NCBI GenBank assembly: GCA_963705125.1
Contig: CAVPIY010000011.1
Location: forward strand, 350,953-414,952
DNA length: 64,000 bases
Direction of reading: 5' to 3'
From: an uncultured Bacteroidales bacterium
GTDB lineage: Bacteria > Bacteroidota > Bacteroidia > Bacteroidales > UBA10428
The notes below the pieces were generated by a model. That model made no database searches. It was not told the origin of the DNA and was given only the letters and a program-made list of their open reading frames with translations. How positions within the stretch are numbered: position 1 is the stretch's first letter; each line of letters opens with the position of its first letter. Shown piece by piece: positions 48,243 to 57,493 of this stretch. Made by a program: the position numbers and the translations under genes.

Positions 48243-49292
48243 ATGGCAACAAGGCTTCTTATCGACCTGCGCAGCGACACTGTTACAAAACCATCGCCGG
48301 ACATGCTTCACGCCATGATGACCGCTGAAACGGGTGATGATGTTTTTGGCGAAGATCCAACGGTAATTGCGCTGGAAAACAAAGCTGCCGGTATTTTTCG
48401 TAAGGAGGCAGGCCTTTTCTGTCCATCAGGGACCATGACAAACCAGATCGCCATCAATGTGCATGTTAAGCCTGGCGATGAGGTTATTTGTGACAGGACT
48501 GCGCATATCTATAATTTTGAGGGAGGGGGTATAGCCCGAAACTCGCTTGCATCGGTCAGGCTTTTATCAGGTGACCGGGGAAGGTTCACCGCCGTAAATG
48601 TGCAGGAAAACATAAATCCCGATGACGATCACTATCCGAGAACCAGTCTGGTGGCAATAGAGAACACCGTAAACAAGGGTGGCGGCAGTGTCTGGGATAT
48701 CCGGGAAATCCGTAGGATCAAGGAACTCGTCATGCGGCACAGGTTGAAAATGCACCTGGATGGCGCCAGGTTCTTTAATGCAGTTGCTGAAACCCGCGAA
48801 GATCCAAAAGAATATGGTAAATTGTTTGATTCTGTTTCCATCTGCCTTTCCAAGGGACTGGGGGCACCGGTCGGTTCTGTTCTCCTGGGAGACACAGAAT
48901 TCATCAAGGAAGCCAGGCGTGCACGGAAAGTATTTGGCGGCGGAATGAGACAGGCCGGATATATCGCAGCGGCAGGGCTCTATGCATTGGAAAATAACAT
49001 ATCCAGGCTTCAGGATGATCACAAAAGAGCTCACTTAATCAGTTCGGTTTTATCTGAACATTCTTATGTGGAGGAGGTATTGCCGGTAATGACGAATATC
49101 ATCGTTTTCAGGCTTGCATCGGATGTCCGCCTGAATGATTTTATCCAATACCTGAAGGACCGCGACATCTTGTGTCTTGCGTTCGGGAATCAGATGGTAA
49201 GGATGGTTACACATCTTGATTTTACAGATGAGATGCTGGAAAGAGTGGTTGCTGCATTGAAGAAGTTTAAAATTATGAAGAGTACAAATTAA
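48243..49292 (+). CDS. ltaE: Low-specificity L-threonine aldolase (beta-eliminating lyase fold)
   Basis: DLRSDTVTKP...GDDVFGEDPT...SGTMTNQ N-terminal signature. 349 aa. The start lies 1 nt after the upstream stop. Confidence 0.85.
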   Translation: MATRLLIDLRSDTVTKPSPDMLHAMMTAETGDDVFGEDPTVIALENKAAGIFRKEAGLFCPSGTMTNQIAINVHVKPGDEVICDRTAHIYNFEGGGIARNSLASVRLLSGDRGRFTAVNVQENINPDDDHYPRTSLVAIENTVNKGGGSVWDIREIRRIKELVMRHRLKMHLDGARFFNAVAETREDPKEYGKLFDSVSICLSKGLGAPVGSVLLGDTEFIKEARRARKVFGGGMRQAGYIAAAGLYALENNISRLQDDHKRAHLISSVLSEHSYVEEVLPVMTNIIVFRLASDVRLNDFIQYLKDRDILCLAFGNQMVRMVTHLDFTDEMLERVVAALKKFKIMKSTN

Positions 49293-49340
49293 AAGTTGAG
49301 AATTGTAGTATATACATGAATTAAAGGTAAATCCGAATTA

Positions 49341-49527
49341 CCACGAAGTGGTTGAATATCAATAACCGTGGGTGTTAACCCACGGAAAGTACTACGAAAG
49401 TATATCAGCCACGAAGTGGTTGAACATTTGAGATTTTAGTTCAGCCCACGTTGGGGCTGATGTTTAGTTCGGCACTTTTTCCGTGGGCTTCACCCACGGT
49501 TATTCAGATTTAGCCCTTTCAGGGTTC
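49341..49527. repeat. Family-3 composite palindromic (MITE-like) element, copy 2
   Basis: CCACGAAGTGG...caatAACCGTGGGTgttaACCCACGG ... CAGCCCACGTTGGGGCTGA ... CCGTGGGCttcACCCACGG. Confidence 0.75.
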
Positions 49528-49574
49528 TTCTATCTGCAAAATATTAGTAATTTAAATCATAATTTGTAAAAAAC

Positions 49575-51584
49575 ATGAAAAAAACATTCCATTTTATCCT
49601 GGTTTCCCTGATTGCAGTATGCATCTCCTGCAGCAATCCGTCTTTTGTGATTAACAAAAATGAAATACCTTCAATTGCCATCATCCTGCCGGATTCGGCA
49701 AACAGTATACAACTGTTTGCAGCTGAAGAATTAAAAAAACATATAAAACTGATCTTTGATGAAGACATGACCATAGCGTCGTTGAAAAATAAGGATCAGT
49801 ATAAGAAACATATCTTTTTGGGGATCAGACCCAGGGGTTTCGACAGGGAATTGAAGCCCGAGGAGGCTGTATATGTTGTCGGGAAGAAATCAATACACCT
49901 GTTCGGTAATGACGAGATCAACAGGACCTGGTCAGATGAAAATCCGGGTGACTTAAAAAATAAAATAAATAGCGAAGTTTTAGATCTTTCAAACAATCGC
50001 ACCGGAACCCTGTTTGCGGTGTATACCTTTCTTGAGAAGGAAGCCGGCATTACCTGGATAAAGCCCGGTGATGCGGGAATTTTCTTCACCAAAATGAACT
50101 CTCTTGTCATTCCTGTCAGGGAAGCAGCCTGGAATCCGCAACTCATTCAAAGAAATATCAGGGCCGGCGCTTTTACATTCAGGAGTCAGCTGATGTATGG
50201 ACAGTATGCTCCAAAAGAATTTAGCCTATCCGAAGAAGAGTCCCTTGAAAAGGAACAGGATCTGTTAATATGGATGAGGCGCATGCGTTTGGGAAGAAAT
50301 GAAAATTACCGGTTTGGACATGCGTTTGGTTCCTACTGGGAAAAATACAAGGATACGAATCCTGACATATTTGCCCTTACTGTGAAAGGTAACAGAAAAG
50401 CCATGGGCCGGATTGAAAGGGTGAAAATGTGCCCGTCAAACCCCGATTTACCTAAGATTATTGTTAAGGAATGGAAAGATAACCGGCAAAAGTCTCCTCA
50501 CCAGAAGAGCAAATCTATTTCCGGTTGTGAAAATGATTCAGATGGATTAGGCAGTGATGACTGGTGTCATTGTGATGCATGCAATGCACTGGATGCCCGT
50601 GAACCGGGTGAAGATCTGGTTGATTATGTAACTGACAGATATGTATATTTGTGGAATGCCATACTGAAAGAAGCAAGGAAATACCAGGATGACATCATGG
50701 TGACAGGCTATGCATATGAAAATATGCTGCAGCCCCCCAGAAAAGAGAAGCTTGATGATGGTCTGCTAATTGAATTCGTACCCCGCATGGGAGGGGACTT
50801 CGAAATAACGGAGAAATTATATGAAGGATGGGAAAAGGCAGGTATGAAAAAAATGATGTACCGTCCGAATGACATGAACTGGGAAATTGGAATTCCCATG
50901 GGACAGGAGGAACGGATTTTCAACAATTTTAAACTGGCCATTAAGCATAACGCCATTGGAACTGACTTCGACTCCATGCTTGGTTTCTGGGAAGGCATCT
51001 CAGATCTGACTTATTATACATTAGCCAGGGGGCAAGCTGATCCACAGGCATCTTTTGAAAAACTGGAGGGTGAGTTTCTGGCTGTCTTCGGTGATGCACG
51101 AAAAGATATTTCCCAATATTACCGGCATTGGAGAAATATATTCAACAATAAAATCCTGAAAGAGGAACTCAGCTTAAATGACGGGATCAATACCTAGTTT
51201 CTTGAGTGGGCATTGCTTTACAAGCTAACTGCGCGGATTGATGAGTTTTACAGTCTCGCGGATTTTGATACCACCGATTCCTATCTCGAAAAGGCCCTTC
51301 AAAAGGAAATTTCTGATCAGACCAGAAACTATATTCAAAGGATGCAGATCGCCAATCAGCATTCCAGGCTAACCTATATCAGTTTTATGGCCGGTAAGGG
51401 AGGTGACAGGGCTGATATGATAAAAAAGGCAAATGATCTGATCGATTTCAGGATCCGGAATAAAAACAGGATAGATATTAACTGGAATGTACTATTCCAA
51501 TGCCAGCATTACCAGATGAGAGATCAGATCGGTACAAGATATCTTGGATTTTTACCAGAAGACCTTGACGCCAGTGAATTCTAA
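49575..51584 (+). pseudogene. DUF4838-type glycoside-hydrolase-like lipoprotein interrupted by one in-frame TAG
   Basis: ORFs 49575-51197 and 51213-51584 share a frame (both starts divisible by 3). They are separated by a single TAG at 51195-51197 (..LNDGINT*FLEWALLYKLTARIDEF..). TGTLFAVYTFLEKEAGITWIKPG motif. Lipoprotein signal (CISC). Confidence 0.65.
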
Positions 51585-51599
51585 ATAAACCATATCAAA

Positions 51600-54509
51600 A
51601 TGAAAGCCAATTATCGATTATTCAGGTTGTTGTTGTCAGTATCCTGTATATTGATGCTGCCATGTCAATTGAACCGGGCAGGGATCCAGCAGCCCATGCT
51701 GCAGATACCGGCCATCAAAACGCCTCCCGTCATTGACGGCAAGTTAAACGATGCTGCCTGGCAAAAAAGCGTCGAAATATCCGAATACATTATCTGGACA
51801 TTGGATACCTACGTTAAGGACTCCCTGGCCGCATGGATCTGTTATGATGACAAAAACCTGTACGTGGCCTTCCGCAATATAGACGCGGCTGCAGGTAAAC
51901 TTCAAAAATCCCCGGAAGGTAAGGATTCCTGGGATACCTTTCTGTGGGGGAGGAATTATAATATGGTCCAGGTTGGTTACCAGGGAGTGGATATCCAACT
52001 CATGGCCGATCCGAAAGGAACCCAGACCGACTATAAAAACGGTGATATCAGCTGGAACGGAAAATGGAAATATGCGGCTTCCGTAAACCTGAAAGACTGG
52101 ACAGCGGAATTCAGCATCCCGCTGAGCGATGCCGGACTTGAAGGGACGGCCGCCAATAAAGAAATCAGCATGGGCATTTCCAGAAGCTTCCCTTTAGGGG
52201 AATCATCGAATTGGGATGGCAAATGTTTACTTGCCGGTCCTGCTGTTGCAACCTATCAGTATGGCAGATGGCCTGAACCGGCCCCGGGTAAGAACTTTGT
52301 TCCCTTTGTTGCACAAAACTTTGGCACGGATAAGCTGAATGTAGTGTGTGAACTGGAACTGATCCCGCTGAATGACAAGCCTGAATTCATCCACCAGGAG
52401 GGTCAGGGACCATCTTCAGAACTGCAGCTTTATGTAAGCAAAGAACCTCTGCGCTTCACTTATTCCTTTTCAATACCGGCAGGCGGAACCCTGAATGAAA
52501 AGGTGCTATATGAATTACCCGATGAAGGCAGCTATTATGCCAACGCTACGATTAAATCGGCAGACGGATCGCTTATCCGGCGCAACAGTGATTTCTGGTT
52601 CACGATCGAGCCCAACCGGAAAAAAATCAAAGCCCTCAAAGAAAGACTCGGGGAAAGTCAGGCTTCCATGACGCGAATATCAAATCCCGTTGCTGACCGT
52701 TTGCGTAATGAAGCCGGTGCTGTTGAAAAGGACCTGCAAAAGCTGGAATCTTTTGCTGAAATTGCATGGAAGTCCGGACAATGGGATGAGCTCACCTCCC
52801 AGGTGAATAAGATGGATGGTCAGATTTCCAGACTTCTTCATAAGGTGAAATGGACAGCCTTGCATAAGTGGCAGGCTGAAGATGAATTTGCGATCGCATG
52901 CACCCATTCCGTGGTCAAACTCCGGAGAGATGCTATATTCCCTTTCCCCATAAGTGAGAAGATAGATTTATCTCAGGCACGGAATGAATATGAATCCGTG
53001 CAGTTGGCCATACTGCCTTTTGGCAAAGACCTGAACCAGGTTACCTTGGAAGCAAGCGATTTAAAAGGCAGCGATGGAAATACTATTCCAAAAAGCAATA
53101 TTGAAATGTCGCTGGTGGATTATAATAAAATTGACTGGCAGGCCTCCTATGTGACTGCTTATAAGGGTTGGCATCCCGATCCCTTAATTCCGTTGAAATC
53201 TGCCATAAACATCAGTGGAAGTGAGGTATGCCGCCCGGTGTGGATCACGGTGTATGCACCTCCGGGAACTGCTGCCGGTGAATATACCGGTACGATCACG
53301 GTGAGTGCAGCCGGAACAAAGAAACTAACCGCTTTAGTAAAGTGCAGAGTGTGGGACTTTGAACTGCCGGTTTCGGGCCACCTGGTAACCCATACCTGGG
53401 ATGATTTAGACATGTTGTGTGATTTTTACAACCTGGAAGAGTATCCTGTTGACTGGTACCAGAAATTTTGCGGGTTGCTGTTAAAGAACAGAATGAATCC
53501 GGGCTTTGCCGGTGTAAATTACGTGGATCAGTTGCCGGATAAATCCGGTACTTATAATTTCAGCAAGGTGGAGAAAGTGCTGGATTATTGCATTGACCGC
53601 GGATTGAACCGATTTTCGATTATACAGATGAAGAAGGGGGCCTATACACCCGAAGAGGCCGAAATTGCCTATAAATTTACGGCAGCCTATGCCAGGTTTT
53701 TGCGTGAAAAGGGCTGGCTTGACAAAGCATTGGTTGAACTGTGGGATGAACCTACTGACCTGGAGTGGCCCGGAATCAAGGAACGGGCAGAACGGCTGAA
53801 ACAGATCGATCCGGGATTGCGCCTGCAATTGTTTGCCGAGGGCGGACCTTACAACTTCTGGGATAAGAGCACGGACAAATATGGTTTGAATAATCTGGTG
53901 GATATCTGGGCACCGATAAATCCGATTGAATCTCCCGAAATCCAGGCCAAGGGAGGAGAGATCTGGGCGTACTTCTGCACACTGACCCGGGAAAGTGCTC
54001 CGAATTTCTTCATCGACTGCCCGGCCATTTACCAGCGAAGCATTGCCTGGTATTGCTGGATGTATGGTCTGGATGGATTTGAGCACTGGAGCACGACTTA
54101 CTTCTGGAGAAATACACATGCCGGAAAACCCATGGATCAAAAATGGCCGAATGTACCCTGGGATTCACGCACATATCACTATTTTAATGGAGAAGGGCAG
54201 CTGATTTACCCGGGCCCGGATGGAAATCCATATTCATCCATTCGTCTTGAAAACTTCCGCGACGGGATGGAAGATTACGAATATCTATACAGGCTGAAAG
54301 AGCTCCTTTCAGAATATGACAAGGACACAAAGGATCCGGCAATAAATGCATACAGACAACTTCTGAATGCAGAAGACTATCTGTTGTACAAGTATCCGAA
54401 AAATATCAAGGCCACATTGGAAAATACATTGCGATACCCCGATCAGCCCGAGTTGTTTATAGAGTCACGCAATAAGATAGCCAGGGCAATTGAGGATTTA
54501 CAAAAATGA
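51600..54509 (+). CDS. CBM9-like module plus DUF4091 / GH123-like domain protein (969 aa)
   Basis: Signal peptide. IDGKLNDAAWQKS...NLYVAFRN N-terminal module. C-terminal SSIRLENFRDGMEDYEYL block. Confidence 0.65.
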   Translation: MKANYRLFRLLLSVSCILMLPCQLNRAGIQQPMLQIPAIKTPPVIDGKLNDAAWQKSVEISEYIIWTLDTYVKDSLAAWICYDDKNLYVAFRNIDAAAGKLQKSPEGKDSWDTFLWGRNYNMVQVGYQGVDIQLMADPKGTQTDYKNGDISWNGKWKYAASVNLKDWTAEFSIPLSDAGLEGTAANKEISMGISRSFPLGESSNWDGKCLLAGPAVATYQYGRWPEPAPGKNFVPFVAQNFGTDKLNVVCELELIPLNDKPEFIHQEGQGPSSELQLYVSKEPLRFTYSFSIPAGGTLNEKVLYELPDEGSYYANATIKSADGSLIRRNSDFWFTIEPNRKKIKALKERLGESQASMTRISNPVADRLRNEAGAVEKDLQKLESFAEIAWKSGQWDELTSQVNKMDGQISRLLHKVKWTALHKWQAEDEFAIACTHSVVKLRRDAIFPFPISEKIDLSQARNEYESVQLAILPFGKDLNQVTLEASDLKGSDGNTIPKSNIEMSLVDYNKIDWQASYVTAYKGWHPDPLIPLKSAINISGSEVCRPVWITVYAPPGTAAGEYTGTITVSAAGTKKLTALVKCRVWDFELPVSGHLVTHTWDDLDMLCDFYNLEEYPVDWYQKFCGLLLKNRMNPGFAGVNYVDQLPDKSGTYNFSKVEKVLDYCIDRGLNRFSIIQMKKGAYTPEEAEIAYKFTAAYARFLREKGWLDKALVELWDEPTDLEWPGIKERAERLKQIDPGLRLQLFAEGGPYNFWDKSTDKYGLNNLVDIWAPINPIESPEIQAKGGEIWAYFCTLTRESAPNFFIDCPAIYQRSIAWYCWMYGLDGFEHWSTTYFWRNTHAGKPMDQKWPNVPWDSRTYHYFNGEGQLIYPGPDGNPYSSIRLENFRDGMEDYEYLYRLKELLSEYDKDTKDPAINAYRQLLNAEDYLLYKYPKNIKATLENTLRYPDQPELFIESRNKIARAIEDLQK

Positions 54510-54510
54510 C

Positions 54511-55279
54511 ATGAATTACGGAAGAACAAAAGTAGTTCTCTGCAAGGATGCAGCGGAACTCGGGAAGCAAGCAGCTTCTGATGTAGGCAACAAGATCAGG
54601 GAACTGCTCGGTCATCAGGAAGAAATCAGAATCATCTTTGCGGCAGGTGAAAGTCAAATTACTTTCCTTGATGCGCTGGCAAAGGAAAAGAACATCGACT
54701 GGAAGAGAATTATCTGCTTCAACATGGACGATTTCTATGATACAAAGATACCTGAGGAGTATACATGCGGATCATCAAACTAAAAGGCAATTATACGACA
54801 AAATCAATCCCAGGCGGATATATCTTGTGAGATATAATGCCCCTGACCCGTATGAAGAAGCCAGACGTTTTGAAGCGGTTATGCGCGACGAAGGAGAATT
54901 TGACATTCTTTGTCAGGGAATAGGCACTTCAGGCCATTTGGCCCTTAACGAACCCTTTGATACCGATTTTAAAGATCAGACCTGGGTCAGGGTCGTGAAC
55001 CTGGCGGAGCAGTCCATTATGCAGCTGAGGGAAGATCCTAATTTCAAAGCGCTCGGCTATATCCCTGCAAAAGGCATTACTATGACCATTCCGGCCTTAC
55101 TATCTGCAAAGAACATATACACCATGGTTCCTTTGGCGCTAAAGCGGCCCATACTTGAAAAGCTTTTCGTTGTGAAAACACCCACGACGGAACTTCCCGC
55201 ATCGGTTTTGCTGCAGGTTGATAGTACCCTTTATCTTGACAGAGATTCATGCCCGCAGGGGTTGATTTCTAAATTCTGA
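54511..55279 (+). pseudogene. NagB/6-phosphogluconolactonase-family (glucosamine-6-phosphate deaminase-like) gene with a +1 frameshift
   Basis: The N-terminal half (frame 1, ..IIFAAGESQ..FNMDDF..) stops at 54781-54783. The C-terminal half (frame 2, ..ILCQGIGTSGHLALNEP..) continues to 55279. Removing one base in GGATCATCAA (54770-54778) restores CGYQTKRQLYDKI. Confidence 0.7.
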
Positions 55280-55286
55280 GACCATC

Positions 55287-55762
55287 GTCATCGCGAGGAG
55301 ACGTTTCCCCGTCATTGCGAGGAGACGTTTCCCCGTCATTGCGAGGAGACGGGATAATTCTCTCTGCATTGTAAATTGATAACGTCGACGAAGCAATCTT
55401 TATCTGGTTAACAGATTGCTTCGTCAGCGTATAGTATTTTGCCTTACTGAATAATATAACTCGCTTCCTCGCAATGACGATTCTCTCCGTCATTGCGAGG
55501 AGACGTTTCCCCGTCATTGCGAGGAGACGTTTCCCCGTCATCGCGAGGAGACGGGATAATTCTCTCTGCATTGTAAATTGATAACGTCGACGAAGCAATC
55601 TTTATCTGGTTAACAGATTGCTTCGTCAGCGTAAAGTATTTTGCCCTACTGAATAATATAACTCGCTTCCTCGCAATGACGATTCTCTCCGTCATTGCGA
55701 GGAGACGTTTCCCCGTCATCGCGAGGAGACGTTTCCCCGTCATTGCGAGGAGACGTTTCCCC
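55287..55762 (+). repeat. Family-1 higher-order array: 24-bp left-arm stutter plus two 144-bp gene-less elements (202-bp period)
   Basis: Cores at 55287, 55311, 55335, 55489, 55513, 55537, 55691, 55715 and 55739. Gene-less elements at 55335-55478 and 55537-55680. Confidence 0.9.
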
Positions 55763-56277
55763 GTCATTGCGAGGAGACGGGATAATTCTCTCTGCATTGT
55801 AAATTGATAACGTCGACGAAGCAATCTGTTTGATTATTACATAATTTTTTATAAATTAGGCATATCGAAAAATCGTTATATGCAATCTTTAATTATATGC
55901 AAAGAGGTGGTTGTGTATACATTATGACCAATAAGAACAACACTGTTCTGTATACCGGCGTTACAAGCAATCTTAGTAAGCGGATTTCAGAACATATGGA
56001 ACGATTTCACCCTGAGTCATTTACAGCTAAATACAATGTTGTCAAACTTGTGTATTATGAAGGATTTGATCATATCGAAGAGGCTATAGCACGGGAAAAG
56101 CAGATAAAGGGAGGATCCCGAAATGATAAGATCGATTAATAACCCAAATGAATCCTGATTGGGAGGATTTGTATGACAGGATCTGTGGATTTTGATGCTG
56201 TTGGGTGATACAGATTGCTTCGTCAGCTTGTGGCAATTTGCTTAACTCAATAATTCTATTCGCTTCCTCGCAATGAC
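55763..56277 (+). mobile_element. Putative autonomous family-1 unit enclosing a (frameshifted) GIY-YIG gene (copy 2)
   Basis: GTCATTGCGAGGAGACGGG... at 55763, then GACGAAGCAATCT, the ORF, ACAGATTGCTTC, and CTTCCTCGCAATGAC ending at 56277. Confidence 0.45.
55897..56195 (+). pseudogene. GIY-YIG nuclease-domain gene with a 1-nt deletion near its 3' end
   Basis: 80 codons match 33107-33406. GATAAGATC-GATT replaces GATAAGATCCGATT, giving TAA at 56137-56139. NPDWEDLYDRICGF* is still readable in the -1 frame up to 56195. Confidence 0.7.
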
Positions 56278-56308
56278 GTCTGGTCTGCATGCAGGCTCGC
56301 AATTAGGG

Positions 56309-57493
56309 TTAGTACTTCCCGCATTCCTGCAATGCATCCCACATGGCCCAGAAGTTCTCCGGGGGGACATCGTCCTGAATGTTGTGAACCGGGGCAAAAA
56401 CAAAACCGCCTCCGGGTGCTAGGATATCCAGGATTCTTTTTACTTCCTCTTTAACCTGTTGCGGTGTTCCTTTGTTCAGGGTTGACTGGGTGTCAACACC
56501 CCCACCCCAGAATGTAATAACATCACCGAAGTCCCTTTTCAGTTCCCTGAGATCCATTCCTGCTGCTGTGAACTGGACCGGATTCAGGATATCCATTCCC
56601 GCATCGATCAGGTCTGGGATCAGGTTCCGGATGGCACCGCAGCTGTGCATAAAGATCTTTATATGGGGCAACCGTTTCCGGATATGGGTAAACAGGATCT
56701 TCAACCGGGGAATAACCATTTGCCGAAGCAACATTGGATCCAGAATGGTTGTGCTTTGCGAACCGAGATCGTCACATTCCGAAATCACATGGATCTTTTC
56801 AGCATTGCCGGTTCCAACTGCCCAATCGATAACGGCATCCCAGTAACGGATCTTATCCTCAAGTACAATATCCAGCAAGGCTTCAACTCCGGAAGGATCC
56901 AGCACCGTATCCATGAACCAGTTCTCATATCCCCTGATCCGGAGGCTGTTCTCCGTAAGGCCTGCCGTGTTCCGGTCTGCAATACAGCAGAAATCGCCCA
57001 CCCGCTTAATCTGTTCGTCCAGATGCCGGTGCAACACCGGAACATATTCATGCCAATCAATCCGTTTCAGCTTATGCAAGGACTCGGACAATAGTTCATA
57101 TTCCCTGAGCGGATAAGTTGCCTGGTTGAAATACAGATCTTTTTCAGGATCGAGTCGCCAGTCACAACCATAAAAATCCGTTACTTCAATGAATCTGTCA
57201 CTCAGTCTTTTTTTATGCCGGTAATCAAAAATGCGGTGTGCACCAATTCTGCGTGTATCAGCATGCAGGAATACCAGGTTTTCCTCATCGGGTGTAATGA
57301 TCTGCTGTATGGGATCCACTTCATCATTGCCGATTGTCTCCGGGAGTCCGCGAAACCGCATAGCCCTGATATAGGCATTTCTGGTAATGGCAGTCACCGT
57401 TGTCCCGGCCAGATCGTAGGGTACACGATCCGGCTCTGTATGGTTGACGGCACATAATACTCTCTCTTTTCCGTTCATTTCACCTAATTTCAA
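56309..57493 (-). CDS. Uroporphyrinogen-decarboxylase (URO-D / MtaA-CmuA-like) family protein
   Basis: N-terminal ERVLCAVNHTEPDRVPYDL and 394-aa length are typical of the family. The start overlaps the MFS gene stop by 14 nt. Confidence 0.6.
   Translation of the reverse strand: MKLGEMNGKERVLCAVNHTEPDRVPYDLAGTTVTAITRNAYIRAMRFRGLPETIGNDEVDPIQQIITPDEENLVFLHADTRRIGAHRIFDYRHKKRLSDRFIEVTDFYGCDWRLDPEKDLYFNQATYPLREYELLSESLHKLKRIDWHEYVPVLHRHLDEQIKRVGDFCCIADRNTAGLTENSLRIRGYENWFMDTVLDPSGVEALLDIVLEDKIRYWDAVIDWAVGTGNAEKIHVISECDDLGSQSTTILDPMLLRQMVIPRLKILFTHIRKRLPHIKIFMHSCGAIRNLIPDLIDAGMDILNPVQFTAAGMDLRELKRDFGDVITFWGGGVDTQSTLNKGTPQQVKEEVKRILDILAPGGGFVFAPVHNIQDDVPPENFWAMWDALQECGKY

Noticed and set aside
55287-55762. 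Possible CRISPR or minisatellite-encoded ORFs (55269-55598 and 55444-55824, minus strand; MLRRRYQFTMQRELSRLLAMTGKRLLAMTGKR...).
   Set aside because: The periodic peptide sequence is a direct translation of the 24-bp and 202-bp DNA repeats. There are no spacers, no start context and no recognisable protein family.
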